Shown here: positions 23,503-34,293 of the stretch, piece after piece
Layout: every line of letters starts with the position of its first letter
Numbering within the stretch: the first letter of the stretch is position 1
NCBI GenBank assembly: GCA_964016885.1
Contig: OZ024759.1
Span: 5,270,001-5,334,000, forward strand
Length of the DNA stretch: 64,000 bases
Reading direction: 5' to 3'
Source of the DNA: Eledone cirrhosa
Lineage: Eukaryota
Made by a program: the position numbers and the translations under genes
Notes under the pieces: generated by a model
Databases searched by the model: none
What the model saw: only the letters and a program-made list of their open reading frames with translations
Told to the model about the DNA's origin: nothing

Positions 23503-23850
23503 GTTGTGATGTCACTTGTGCCAAGCTGTATCAGCCATTGCCTTTCCCTTGGACAACATATATAGCGTATAATATATATTGTACACATCGTATATATACT
23601 ATATATATTGTGTATATATACTGTAGACAGTGTATATATGATATATATATAGTATATATATATGTAGTGATGTAACTGGTACCAAGCTGTATCAGCCATT
23701 ACCTTTCCCTTGGACAACATCGGTGGCGTGGAGAGGGTAGACTGGTATACTTGGGTGACTGCTGGTCTTCCTCAAACAACTGGACTTGTGCCTCAGAAGG
23801 GAACTTTCTAGTTGCAAATCACATGGTCATTCTTGACCGACAGAGGTCTT
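23503..23850 (+). mobile_element. CORE-like SINE 3' fragments (duplicated)
   Basis: TGTGATGTCACTTGTGCCAAGCTGTATCAGCCATT occurs twice and matches 20882-20932. Confidence 0.7.
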
Positions 23851-23990
23851 CGATATGTTAGGTGTGTATATATAGATGTGTATTGATGTCCATGTGGGAG
23901 TCATTGATACCAATGCTAGGGATGGCTGGTCTTCTATATTACTGTATAACACCAAAGATCTCGATCCTGTGTCATTGTCTTAGAGAAGTG

Positions 23991-25519
23991 CAATTGTGTG
24001 AGGTCAGCTGTTATCACCTCATCCCAGGTCTTCCTACTTCATATCTTCCATCAATTGTGTGAGGTCAGCTTTTATCACCTCATCCCAGGTCTTCCTACTC
24101 CATAGCTTCCATCAATTGTGTCAGGTCAGCTATTATCACCTCATCCTAGGTCTTCCTACTTCATAGCTTCCATCAATTGTGTGAGGTCAGCTTTTATCAC
24201 CTCATCCCAGGTCTTCCTACTTCATAGCTTCCATCAATTGTGTCAGGTCAGCTGTTATCAACCCATCCCAGGTCTTCCTTCTCTATAGCTTCCATCAATT
24301 GTGTCAGGTCAGCTTTTATCACCTCATCCCAGGTCTTCCTACTTCATAGCTTCCATCAATTGTGTCAGGTCAGCTTTTATCACCTCATCCCAGGTCTTCC
24401 TACTTCATAGCTTCCATCAATTGTGTCAGGTCAGCTATTATCACCTCATCCCAGGTCTTCCTACTTCATAGCTTCCATCAATTGTGTCAGGTCAGCTTTT
24501 ATCACCTCATCCCAGGTCTTCCTACTTCATAGCTTCCATCAATTGTGTCAGGTCAGCTTTTATCACCTCATCCCAGGTCTTCCTACTTCATAGCTTCCAT
24601 CAATTGTGTCAGGTCAGCTTTTATCACCTCATCCCAGGTCTCCCTACTTCATAGCTTCCATCAATTGTGTCAGGTCAGCTTTTATCACCTCATCCCAGGT
24701 CTTCCTACTTCATAGCTTCCATCAATTGTGTCAGGTCAGCTATTATCACCTCATCCCAGGTCTTCCTACTTCGTAGCTTCCATCAATTGTGTCAGGTCAG
24801 CTTTTATCACCTCATCCCTATTCTTCCTACTTCATAGCTTCCATCAATTGTGTAAGGTCAGCTTTTATCACCTCATCCCAGGTCTTCCTACTTCATAGCT
24901 TCCATCAATTGTGTCAGGTCAGCTTTTATCACCTCATCCCAGGTCTTCCTACTCTATAGCTTCCATCAATTGTGTAAAGTCAGCTTTTATCACCTCATCC
25001 CAGGTCTTCCTACTTCATAGCTTCCATCAATTGTGTGAAGTCAGCTTTTATCACCTCAGACTAGGTCTTCGTACTCTATAGCTTCCATCAATTGTGTCAG
25101 GTCAGCTTTTATCACCTCAAACTAGGTCTTCCTACTCCATAGCTTCCATCAATTGTGTGAGGTCAGCTTTTATCACCTCAAACCAGGTCTTTTTACTCCA
25201 TAGGTTCCATCAATTGTGTCAGGTCAGCTATTATCACCTCATCCCAGGTCTTCCTACTTCATAGCTTCCATCAATTGTGTCAGGTCAGCTATTATCACCT
25301 CATCCCAGGTCTTCCTACTTCATAGCTTCCATCAATTGTGTCAGGTCAGCTTTTATCACCTCATCCCAGGTCTTCCTACTTCATAGCTTCCATCAATTGT
25401 GTCAGGTCAGCTATTATCACCTCATCCCAGGTCTTCCTACTTCATAGCTTCCATCAATTGTGTCAGGTCAGCTATTATCACCTCATCCCAGGTCTTCCTA
25501 CTTCATAGCTTCCATCAAT
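23991..25519. repeat. 61-bp tandem array (~25 copies) from the RTE ORF C-terminus
   Basis: Unit CAATTGTGTCAGGTCAGCTTTTATCACCTCATCCCAGGTCTTCCTACTTCATAGCTTCCAT. Its reverse complement matches RTE 15082-15150, and the left flank 23925-23990 continues as RTE 15160-15225. Confidence 0.93.
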
Positions 25520-25621
25520 TTTATAAAATGCTTGAAAACAACTTAGAAAAAATGTTACTCAAAATCAAAATTTAATCCCAAAGAGAGGAAATTGGAACAT
25601 TATCCACTGAAAGTTGCTTAA

Positions 25622-26090
25622 CCCTTTAGTGTCCAAACCAGCCAAAACTGGCCAGAATTCTCTACCTCTTTCTGTTGAAACTGGCTGTAACTGGTCGCTC
25701 AGACTGATGTTAAGGTATTGTTCTCAAAATAAATACTTTCAAAATCTGATAGATTCAATATTATGTGAGATAAAGCCTTTACCATGAAAATATAATAGTA
25801 TATATAAAATAATGTGAATGCTAAAGGGTTAACCCTTTAACATTTAAACCGGCAATAACTGGCCAGAGTTCTGTCCCCTTTTTCTTTTTAAACCACTCGT
25901 AACTGGCCACTCATACTGATGTTAAAGTATTGTTCTCAATATAAATAATATCAGATTCGATATTATGTGAGGTAAAGACTTTACCATGGAAATATAATAG
26001 TATATATAGAGTAATGTAAATGTTATGTGAGATAAAGACATTACCATGGAAATATAATAGTATATATAGAATAATGTAAATGTTAAAGGC
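25622..26090. mobile_element. Two head-to-tail piggyBac-type MITEs sharing a central TTAA
   Basis: TTAA|CCCTTTAG...CTAAAGGG|TTAA|CCCTTTAA...TTAAAGGC|TTAA (25622-25828 and 25833-26090), homologous to 6061-6281. Confidence 0.88.
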
Positions 26091-26296
26091 TTAAACCCTG
26101 AAGAAAGGACTTTTAGGTCCCGAAATATTGGACAGATAAAAGAACAACAACAAAAAAACAAAACAAAGATTACCAGGTAACTTTTACTTTTCCTTACCTC
26201 ATCTTATTGTCCATTTTGCATTGTTTAGCCTTCTATCTCTTTCAACGTTATATTTTATATAGAATGCTTCAAACAAACTACAACATTTAATTATAT

Positions 26297-26830
26297 ATCA
26301 TCATCATCATCTTCAATTAACGTCCATCTTCCACACTAGCATGTGTTAGACGGGTCCCATTTAGAGGCAAGTGTGGGCTGGATGCTTTTTTGCTGTCTTC
26401 TACACGTCCAGTGTGGGTGAGATATATATATATGTGTATGTATATATCATCACCATTTAGCGTCCATTTTTCCATTCTTGCATGGGTTAGACGGGTCATT
26501 CACACCAGGAGGCAAGTCTGGCCAGGGTTGGCCATGTGTCGCACCTTGCTCAGGTGAGGTCTGTAAATTTGGTGGGGTATTTTACAGCTGGATTCCCTTC
26601 CTAACATCAACCATGTTTACAGTGTGGAACTGGATGGCTCTGTTATGAGGAGGGACAGGCCAGTTGGCTGCACTGAACTCATCTCACAGTGGAACTATAA
26701 TTTTGGGGGGCCTGGTACTGGGTGGCACCATTGAGGAGGGGGTAGCCAGTCAGCTGCTCCAAACTCATCTCACGAGGTTACCACAGTTTTGGGGCCCTGT
26801 ACTAGGGGCTATAGTGATGGTGTAGCTAGT
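26297..26830 (-). mobile_element. Two RTE 3' tail fragments
   Basis: (TCA)n-TTAACGTCC...GCATGGGTTAGACGG tail motif at 26297 and 26447; satellite-like CAGCTGGATTCCCTTCCTAACATCAACCA at ~26585. Confidence 0.75.
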
Positions 26831-26883
26831 TTATATGAATAAGTAAATCTGACGCAGGTATATTTCTACAGTTTACCAATGTA

Positions 26884-27017
26884 CCGTACTTACTGGCGCC
26901 AATGACGACCAATTTTTGAAAAAAAATAATAATCAACCTTCGGCCTCCAGGACATATGGTAGATATTTTGGACTTATATTAGGGAAAAAGTAATGTCTTT
27001 GATGCTAGGAAATATGG
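26884..27017. mobile_element. Small pogo/Tc1-like MITE
   Basis: Imperfect TIRs CCGTACTTACTGGCGCCAATGACG / TGTCTTTGATGCTAGGAAATATGG after TA. The paralogous segment at 27235-27330 lacks it. Confidence 0.65.
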
Positions 27018-27752
27018 TGAAAATTTAAAATTTCCACTGTTAAATCTATCCCTGCATTTTAAGTATTCTCTATTATCTCATACTGTTACTTTCTTATAAG
27101 TCCTATAAGAATGCAATTTTTGCTAAACTGCCATAGAGCAGACCTCTGAAGTGATAGAAGGATATAATTTATAGAGCATGCTGGAATACCACTGCTTACA
27201 TTGGAGAGAATTTCTCTGGACAGAATGTTGATATCTACAGTTTACCAATATAGAAATATAACATTTCCACTGTTAAATCTATCTCTGCTTCTAAAGTATT
27301 CTCTATTATCTCATACTGTTTCTTTCTTATTTCAGAATATCAGATGACATTGGGATAAATTATTATTTTCAATCTTGGATACATCATCTCTATTTATCAT
27401 CATTTGAAGACTAAAACCTTCTAAACAGAACTTATATAACACTGTTTATATAAATCTATAGTTCAATTACTGTGAAATATTTCCTCAAAACTGAGTTTAT
27501 TTTCTTCACTATAAGATGGTTTTGTATTTTAACTAAACTTGGATGAAACAGAAGTTTGTATTATCTTCAGATATTAACTGAAATCACAGTTGAGGGAAAT
27601 ATAGAAGAATATTTTATAAGAAATATAATATAAAAAATATTACAAGAAAAACATCTGTATATTCTGTTGAAGAAGAAATCATTATGCCAAATAAATTGAC
27701 AAAGAAGATTAAATGTGTAACACAATCTAAAGTGTTTAGTATTGCTGGTGAG

Positions 27753-28400
27753 ATGACAAAGGTTAGAGAAGAGAAGCCATATCACTGTGATATCTGTGAT
27801 AAATCATTCTCTCAAAGTGGTACCTTAACTACTCACAAACGTATACATACAGGAGACAAGCCATATCACTGTGATATCTGTGGTATATCATTCTCTGGGA
27901 AAAGTAGCCTAACTACTCACAAATGTATACATGCAGAAGAGAAATCATAATGCATTGACATCAGTGATAAATCCTTCTCTCAAATTTGTGAATTAATGAG
28001 AATACAAATACATATCATTGTAACATCTTAGGGAAATCCTTCTCTTTGAATGTTACATTAACTATACACACACATATACATACAGCTGGGAAGCCATATC
28101 ACTTTGATATATTTGGTACATCATTCTCTAAATGTTGTGGCTTCACTAGACACCAACATCTACAGGAGAGGAACCATATCACTGTGATGTCTGTGATAAA
28201 TCCTTCTCTAAATGTTGTGGTTTCACTAGACACCAACATATACATACAGGAGAGGAACCATATCACTGTGATGTCTGTGATAAATCCTTCTCTAAATGTT
28301 GTGGTTTAATTAGACACTAACATATACAGGAGAGGAACTATATCACTGTGATGTCTGTGGTACATCTTTCTCTTATAAAGATTACTTAATGCAACACAAT
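27753..28400 (+). pseudogene. Tandem C2H2 zinc-finger pseudogene
   Basis: [54 protein letters not shown], then TAA (27948), frameshifts and ~5-6 decayed fingers. Acceptor-like TTTCTTTCTTATTTCAG ends at 27335; AATAAA at 28458. Confidence 0.85.
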
Positions 28401-28489
28401 TAGATAAAAACCATGTCACTCACCTAAAATAGTGCCATCAATGTTGTTAATATTTTGAATAAACCTGTTTTACTAAGAAATTCTCCTTT

Positions 28490-28862
28490 CATTTTATGTC
28501 TGTATAAACACAGTCTTCTCTCTTACACACCACTTCAGCTCACTCTTAAACCCAGCTTCTTCTTCAACTTGTCCAAGCTCTCCCTTTCTCTCACACTTAC
28601 ACAACATATCCTACAAAGCATGGTTGTTTCATATCTCTCCAGTCTACATAACCTCTGCAGTCACAGCCCTTATTTCGTTACCATGCATCATTGCATATCA
28701 CCCACATGTGTCATACAGTTGTCCTTTTGTACAGAGAGAGAGAAACTTTTTGTGGTCAACTGTTGCAGTAGCTCTCTAAACTTTTTCCATCCTATCCTTA
28801 TTCTAGCTATACAACTTTCAGAGCAGCCCCCTCCACTTCTAATTAACTCACCTAGATTGCAA
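28490..28862 (-). mobile_element. RTE C-terminal fragment
   Basis: LGELIRSGGGCSESCIARIRIGWKKFRELL, homologous to 14845-14960. Confidence 0.85.
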
Positions 28863-29059
28863 AATATATTTGTCAGCATACTTTATGAAGGGTCTGTTTG
28901 GAAGTGCCTCGCCTAATAAACAATGGTGCCATAACTGGACTCAGAAACCAATGGTCACACATACATGGTAAGTTAGCTAAGAACGTAGGTTTTACATTGG
29001 TTCACTGCGCTGGAGAAGTAAGCAGCAATCACGTTTAGGAGACAAGCTCTATCAAATAT

Positions 29060-30125
29060 TTAAAGGGTTCCATAGAAGCAGTTGACAGTTTCTGTTACCT
29101 GGGGTATCAAATAAGCAGTGGAGGTAGGTGTTCTGAAAGTACAGTAACAAGAGTAAGAACAAGATGGCAGAGGTTTAGGGTGTTACTACTGCTGCTAGCT
29201 ACAAAAGGTTGTTTCACCAAATTGATGTGTGCATATAAACAGCAATGCTGCATTGCAGTGAGGACCCCAGAAGATTGGATAGAAATGAAGCTTGAATTCT
29301 CCGATGGATGTGTAATATTAATATACATGAAGGGGAAAGTGTTAATAACCTGAGAGAGAACCTGGGCATGAGAGGGAAAAGATACAGTATGCAGGAGAGG
29401 AGATTGCTGTGGTATGGACATGTGATGTGTATGAAGGTAGAGATGCTGTATAAAAGGTTGACCACTTGAAATTGATGGAAGAGGAAGACCTAGGAATGCT
29501 TGGGATGTGGAGGTAAAAACTGACCTGACACCATTGTACCTCTCAAAGGTGATGACACAGGATTGAAATCTCTGGCGTTATACAGTACTGCAGGAGACCT
29601 GCATTCCCATGTGCACGGGTTGACACAACATTTAGTGGTTTGAAGTATGCTCCAATTTTCCTCCCCTTCACATCTTAACACTCCACCCCCTTACCAGCTA
29701 AGTACACCACCCTGACCTACCTCTCCAATCCCCACTCTACATACACACAACCCCACCCCCACTTTCACATCTGATACACCTCTCTTGACCAACCCATGTA
29801 TACAAGTAAGGAAAGCTTAACATTATCTCCTCCAATGCTGCTGAAATGGCTAAAAGCCCTCAGGCAACCCTGTAAGGTGGTCATGCAAGTGTCATGACAA
29901 AAGAGCACCAAGTCCTCTCTGTTAGGTAACATGACAAAAGAACACCTAACCCTCCCTGCAAGGTAGTCATGCTGATGACATGACAAATAAGCACCCAGTC
30001 CACCCTGTGAGGTAGACATGACAGAAGGCCCCTAGCCCACTCTGTAAAGTAGTCATGCTAGTGGCAAGACTGAAGGGACCCGAAGCACCCTTCAAAGTGA
30101 TCAAATTGGTGACATGACTTGACAC
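29060..30125 (+). mobile_element. RTE C-terminal fragment plus modular 3' UTR
   Basis: DSFCYLG...SSGGRCSESTVTRVRT, LLWYGHVM, GRGRPR. Then a C-rich tract and degenerate ~50-bp modules (29860-30125) related to the satellite subunit. Confidence 0.75.
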
Positions 30126-31173
30126 CATTTTTTAGTTTACTTCTAAAATATCTCATTTTTATTTTACTTCTAAAATATCTCATATATTTAAAAATTACTT
30201 ATTTTAAAAAATTATTATTTATTTCTTAAAAAAATTACTTTTTAAAGATTATTTAAAATTTTTTTATATTTTTTAATATTTTTTAAATATTTTTAAACAT
30301 TTTAAATAGTTTAAGTACTTTTTAAGTATTTTATTTTGTTAAAAGGGTTTTTTGAGTATCTTCTGAGATTAAAAAAAATTTTTTTTTTATTTTTCCAGAA
30401 ATGTTTTCCAGAACTTTTAATATTTTAATATTTTAAATATTTTTTAATTATTTAATATTAGAGTTATAACCAATAACTAATTCTGGCTATATATATCTTT
30501 CAACATTTATATCTTCGTCAAAATGGTCTCTTACTAACTAATAAATAAACAAAGCTGGGTTTTTCAGTATCTTCCTAATTTAAAACATTAAAAACATATA
30601 AATAATCTTATTAACTCAGTTAATTTAATTACTTACACTAAATATAAACCAGTATCCCTCATAACTTATTAAAACAATTATCTATAACATGATATAGCCA
30701 TTTATCCACTCATATATCTATTCTTCTATCTATTGATTCTCCTATTTTCTACTTTATATCTATTTATTTTCAATTTATTATTCAATGTCTTTATATATAT
30801 TTATTTTTTCTATATATCTATTTTTCTATATACTTATAATAGTAAATATTATATTGTATTATATTAGAATTCTAACAATAATTAGTAAATATACGTAACA
30901 TTAATATAAACGTAATACTTATTTACGTTACATGAGTTCATCCTCTATAAATGTCTTTCTTCTCTCTATCTCTCTATCTATCTCATAACAGTAATTTTTT
31001 TCTCTCTCTTTCTTCTCTTTCTTCCCTATCTTTCCCCAGCGTAATTTAAATAAACGGTTGTTTTTTCAATTTTTCATACATTCATTTGCATATTCACACA
31101 TAACTTTGAATTACCCCTAATAAGTTTCCCTTATCCAGCGAATTTCCGACCGTTATTTATAAAACAAATTTTG

Positions 31174-31238
31174 TATTTTATCTGATGAAAGAGCACCAAG
31201 ATTGACTTGGTCGCCCTTGAAATATATATAATAAAATA
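31174..31238 (+). ncRNA. Minimal type-I hammerhead ribozyme, copy 1
   Basis: Stem I TATTTTAT/ATAAAATA (8 bp perfect); core CTGATGA (31182-31188); stem II AAG.GC.ACCAAG-attga-CTTGGT.GC.CTT; GAAA (31219-31222); palindromic mini stem III TATATA; AUA cleavage triplet ending at 31230. Confidence 0.82.
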
Positions 31239-31430
31239 AATATGCAAAAGTTCTATTTAAATTGTTGGGATACAACAAGCAAATATGTTTATAACTGATA
31301 TAAAGCACTCAACAAGTATTTGGAATAAACATACGATATTAACAATCCTTTTGTATTTTATGTACTCAATTATATTATGTACTATATTGATTTATACTTC
31401 TCTCTATATGTGAGTATATATGTATATGTG

Positions 31431-31565
31431 TATATTGACATACATGTACATGTGTTCTATGCATTTTTATGAATATATTGACATACATGTACATGCGTTC
31501 TATGCATTTTTATGAATATATTGACATACATGTACATGCGTTCTATGCATTTTTATGAATATATG
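31431..31565. repeat. 43-bp tandem repeat, 3 copies
   Basis: TATATTGACATACATGTACATGYGTTCTATGCATTTTTATGAA at 31431, 31474 and 31517. Confidence 0.92.
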
Positions 31566-32421
31566 TCTGTCTGTATGTATGCATGCGTGACGCGAATCTA
31601 CCAATTGGCCGAGGATGCACACACATGTATATATATGTATATGTAAGAATTGTGTGTGTACATGTACATGTATACCCATACAATTTGATTGCAGATAGAC
31701 ATAACTAACAGCCATAAATGCATACCAGCTAATCTTATATATTTATATATATATATTAAAAACATTTTTTATAAAAAATATTTTATTTAATAACACAAAG
31801 GATGGATAACATTAAATTAAAAATTCATTTATGCTTTGTATGTATATATTATATACGTGGTTAGATATGGTGTGTATTTTGTGAGTGTGTGTATATATAT
31901 ATATTTATGTGTATTTTTGCGTGTGTGTACGTGTTATATGATATGTAGTTCTCTAGCAATATATAGATTTCTTAATGTTTAGATTCCAATTTTTAATATA
32001 TTGATCTCAATTTTTAAACTAAATATCTAATCATAGTTAAACAATGATTAATTTCTCATATTATGTATGTATATTCCATTCATGATTATTAATATTTCTA
32101 ATTTTATTTATTCATTTCATCTCAATTGTTAAGTTAACTTAATATGACATGACTTAATGTGTTCATTCTTTCCCCTCTCTCTATCTCTATATTTTTCTCT
32201 CTGTCTGGTGTTTTGATATATCTCTCTCGTTTTTCTCTCCTTTTTCTTTCTTTCTGTCTCCCTTTTCTCTCTCTCCGTCCTTTTCCTTATCTGTAACACA
32301 ACGACTTATTTTAAAAATACTAATATAAGTAAACAACTCCACTATCCCTGAGTCTTCCAAAAGTAACGGTTGCATTTTGTAAGGGTATGTCAATATTTAT
32401 TTATAAAACTGTTATATATTG

Positions 32422-32486
32422 TATTTTGTCTGATGAAAGCATACCATAATTTAACATGGTATCCTTGAAATATGTATAATGAAATA
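32422..32486 (+). ncRNA. Minimal type-I hammerhead ribozyme, copy 2
   Basis: Stem I TATTTTGT/ATGAAATA (two G-U pairs); CTGATGA (32430-32436); stem II AAG.ATACCAT-aatttaac-ATGGTAT.CTT; GAAA (32467-32470); TATGTA; AUA triplet ending at 32478. Confidence 0.78.
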
Positions 32487-32554
32487 GATATGGTTTTATA
32501 AATATAGTTTCCATTTGTTAATATCGTATAATAAAATAAATATAGTTTTATAAA

Positions 32555-32930
32555 TCATCATCACCGTTTTACGTCCGTTCTTCCATGCTAGCATGGGTTA
32601 GACGGGTTGTCCTGTTGTGGGCAGTGTCTGGTCGGCTGACCATGCCTTGCTCATACAGGAACTGATTTTGGCTTTTCTACAGCCGGATGCCCTTCCTAAC
32701 ACCAACCTCATTTACAGTGAGTGTTGCGTGCTTTTTTCCGTGGCGCCCACATGTCCACTTTACAGTGTGGGCTGGGTGCTTTTTCTGTGTGGCACCTCCA
32801 CGACCACTTTGCAGTGGGAGGGTGTGGGGGCATATTGTCTATATGCTTCATCTTGAACCCATGGAAGGTCGGGTACTCTGTATTACTGCGTGACGCCAGA
32901 GGTCACGGTCGTGTGTCATCATCGCCTTTG
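32555..32930 (-). mobile_element. RTE 3' UTR fragment
   Basis: (TCA)n tail; closely similar to 20978-21240; contains TTTTCTACAGCCGGATGCCCTTCCTAACACCAACC. Confidence 0.85.
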
Positions 32931-34093
32931 AGAGGTGTGTGTTTATATATATATATATATATATATATACAAATAAATTATCGAGAATCGGAATCTCGGC
33001 CCACGAAATAACGAAACACAATCTTCGAAAAGTGTAGCAAAGTGCTCAATAGTTTGGATAAACCAGAGCTATAACTAATATTTAAATACCAACACACTGA
33101 GATAATGCTTAAAATCATTCGCACAGCCGAAAAAACGACCAAGAAAATTCGGGTCAGACAAATAATAAATATATATATATATATTTTTTCTTTTAACATA
33201 TATGTGTATATAAAATATATACAGGAACTCCCCAAAAATGTATACACACTTCAACTACAGTCTATGTAAGTGTGTATATATTTTTGGGGGACACTGTAAT
33301 ATACATATCATTAAACGTATCTCCTACATGTGTATAAATAAATATACATGTATTTTATTAACAATTTTCTGTAGAATCTGTTAAACATGGAAGAAAATGT
33401 GGAGACTAAATAAAATTAACGTGTTGGTCACATTAACTTAATAATATAACTATATATTAATGAAATATGTCGAAATAAAAGTTGTAATTGTGACAAAAAT
33501 ATTGATTCGGTAGTTTATTATGACCAAGATTGAATATTTAATGGAATTAAGTGGAATTTATTAGGAAATAAGACAATAAAACAGTGAAATGTTGAGGTTA
33601 AAAGAGAGAAAAACAAAATGTCCTCTCTTTATAAACTTTAATGTGGTTGAATTAGTAGCGGCTCGGCTTACTAAACTCAGCTCTCTCAAGGGTTCGAATC
33701 TCACGTAGTTTACTATAGTGTCTACAGAGTTATCTCCTACTGCTTTTATATAGTATCACTGTTTATTGTAAAGAGGGCGCTACAATCATTTACTAGTGTG
33801 ACCAATGGTTTGCAGTCTGGCTTACTAACGCCAGGACTAAAGTGTTACATGGTTCCAACCGGGCTGGTTCCTTAATTTTTAAAAAGAGTTATCACCCATA
33901 GTCTTTCAGAGATTCCTCGAAAGGTGGCGTGGCGATCTGCTTTCATGAGGAGTAGTAAGAGACAATAATATATGTAAGGAGGAGGAGTGAGAGAGACAAA
34001 AACAAAACTGTGTTAATTCTCTCTCCCCCTCGCTTCTTTTACTCTATCTACCTGTTATGTCTTCATTTCACTGTTTTATTGTCTTACTAGCAG

Positions 34094-34293
34094 NNNNNNN
34101 NNNNNNNNNNNNNNNNNNNNNNNNNNNNNNNNNNNNNNNNNNNNNNNNNNNNNNNNNNNNNNNNNNNNNNNNNNNNNNNNNNNNNNNNNNNNNNNNNNNN
34201 NNNNNNNNNNNNNNNNNNNNNNNNNNNNNNNNNNNNNNNNNNNNNNNNNNNNNNNNNNNNNNNNNNNNNNNNNNNNNNNNNNNNNNNNNNNNN
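34094..34293. other. Assembly gap (200 N)
   Basis: Exactly 200 N, a fixed-size scaffolding gap. True distance and adjacency are unknown. Confidence 0.99.

Larger units (their letters stand above)
30120..32553 (+). mobile_element. AT-rich degenerate direct repeats carrying hammerheads; probable Penelope-like pseudo-LTR remnant
   Basis: Each hammerhead is preceded by a TC tract, an AACGGTTG motif and TTATTTATAAAAC...TTGTATTTT. No RT or GIY-YIG ORF seen, so the family assignment is inferred. Confidence 0.5.

Noticed and set aside
26095-26135. Third hammerhead-like motif CTGAAGA-AAGGAC-TTTTAG-GTCCC-GAAATATTGG
   Set aside because: Core and a 4-bp stem II are present, but stem I is only ~2 bp and lies at a MITE junction. 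At best a decayed remnant.
26190-26265. Possible 5' exon of the lectin-EGF gene (minus strand ATGGACAATAAGATGAG|GTAAGG)
   Set aside because: Good donor site but no further support, and the phase does not match the exon starting at 10077. Needs RNA evidence.
30120-31100. Mitochondrial control-region NUMT
   Set aside because: Extremely AT-rich, but no mitochondrial tRNA, rRNA or protein sequence is recognisable. Better explained as the flank of the hammerhead repeats.
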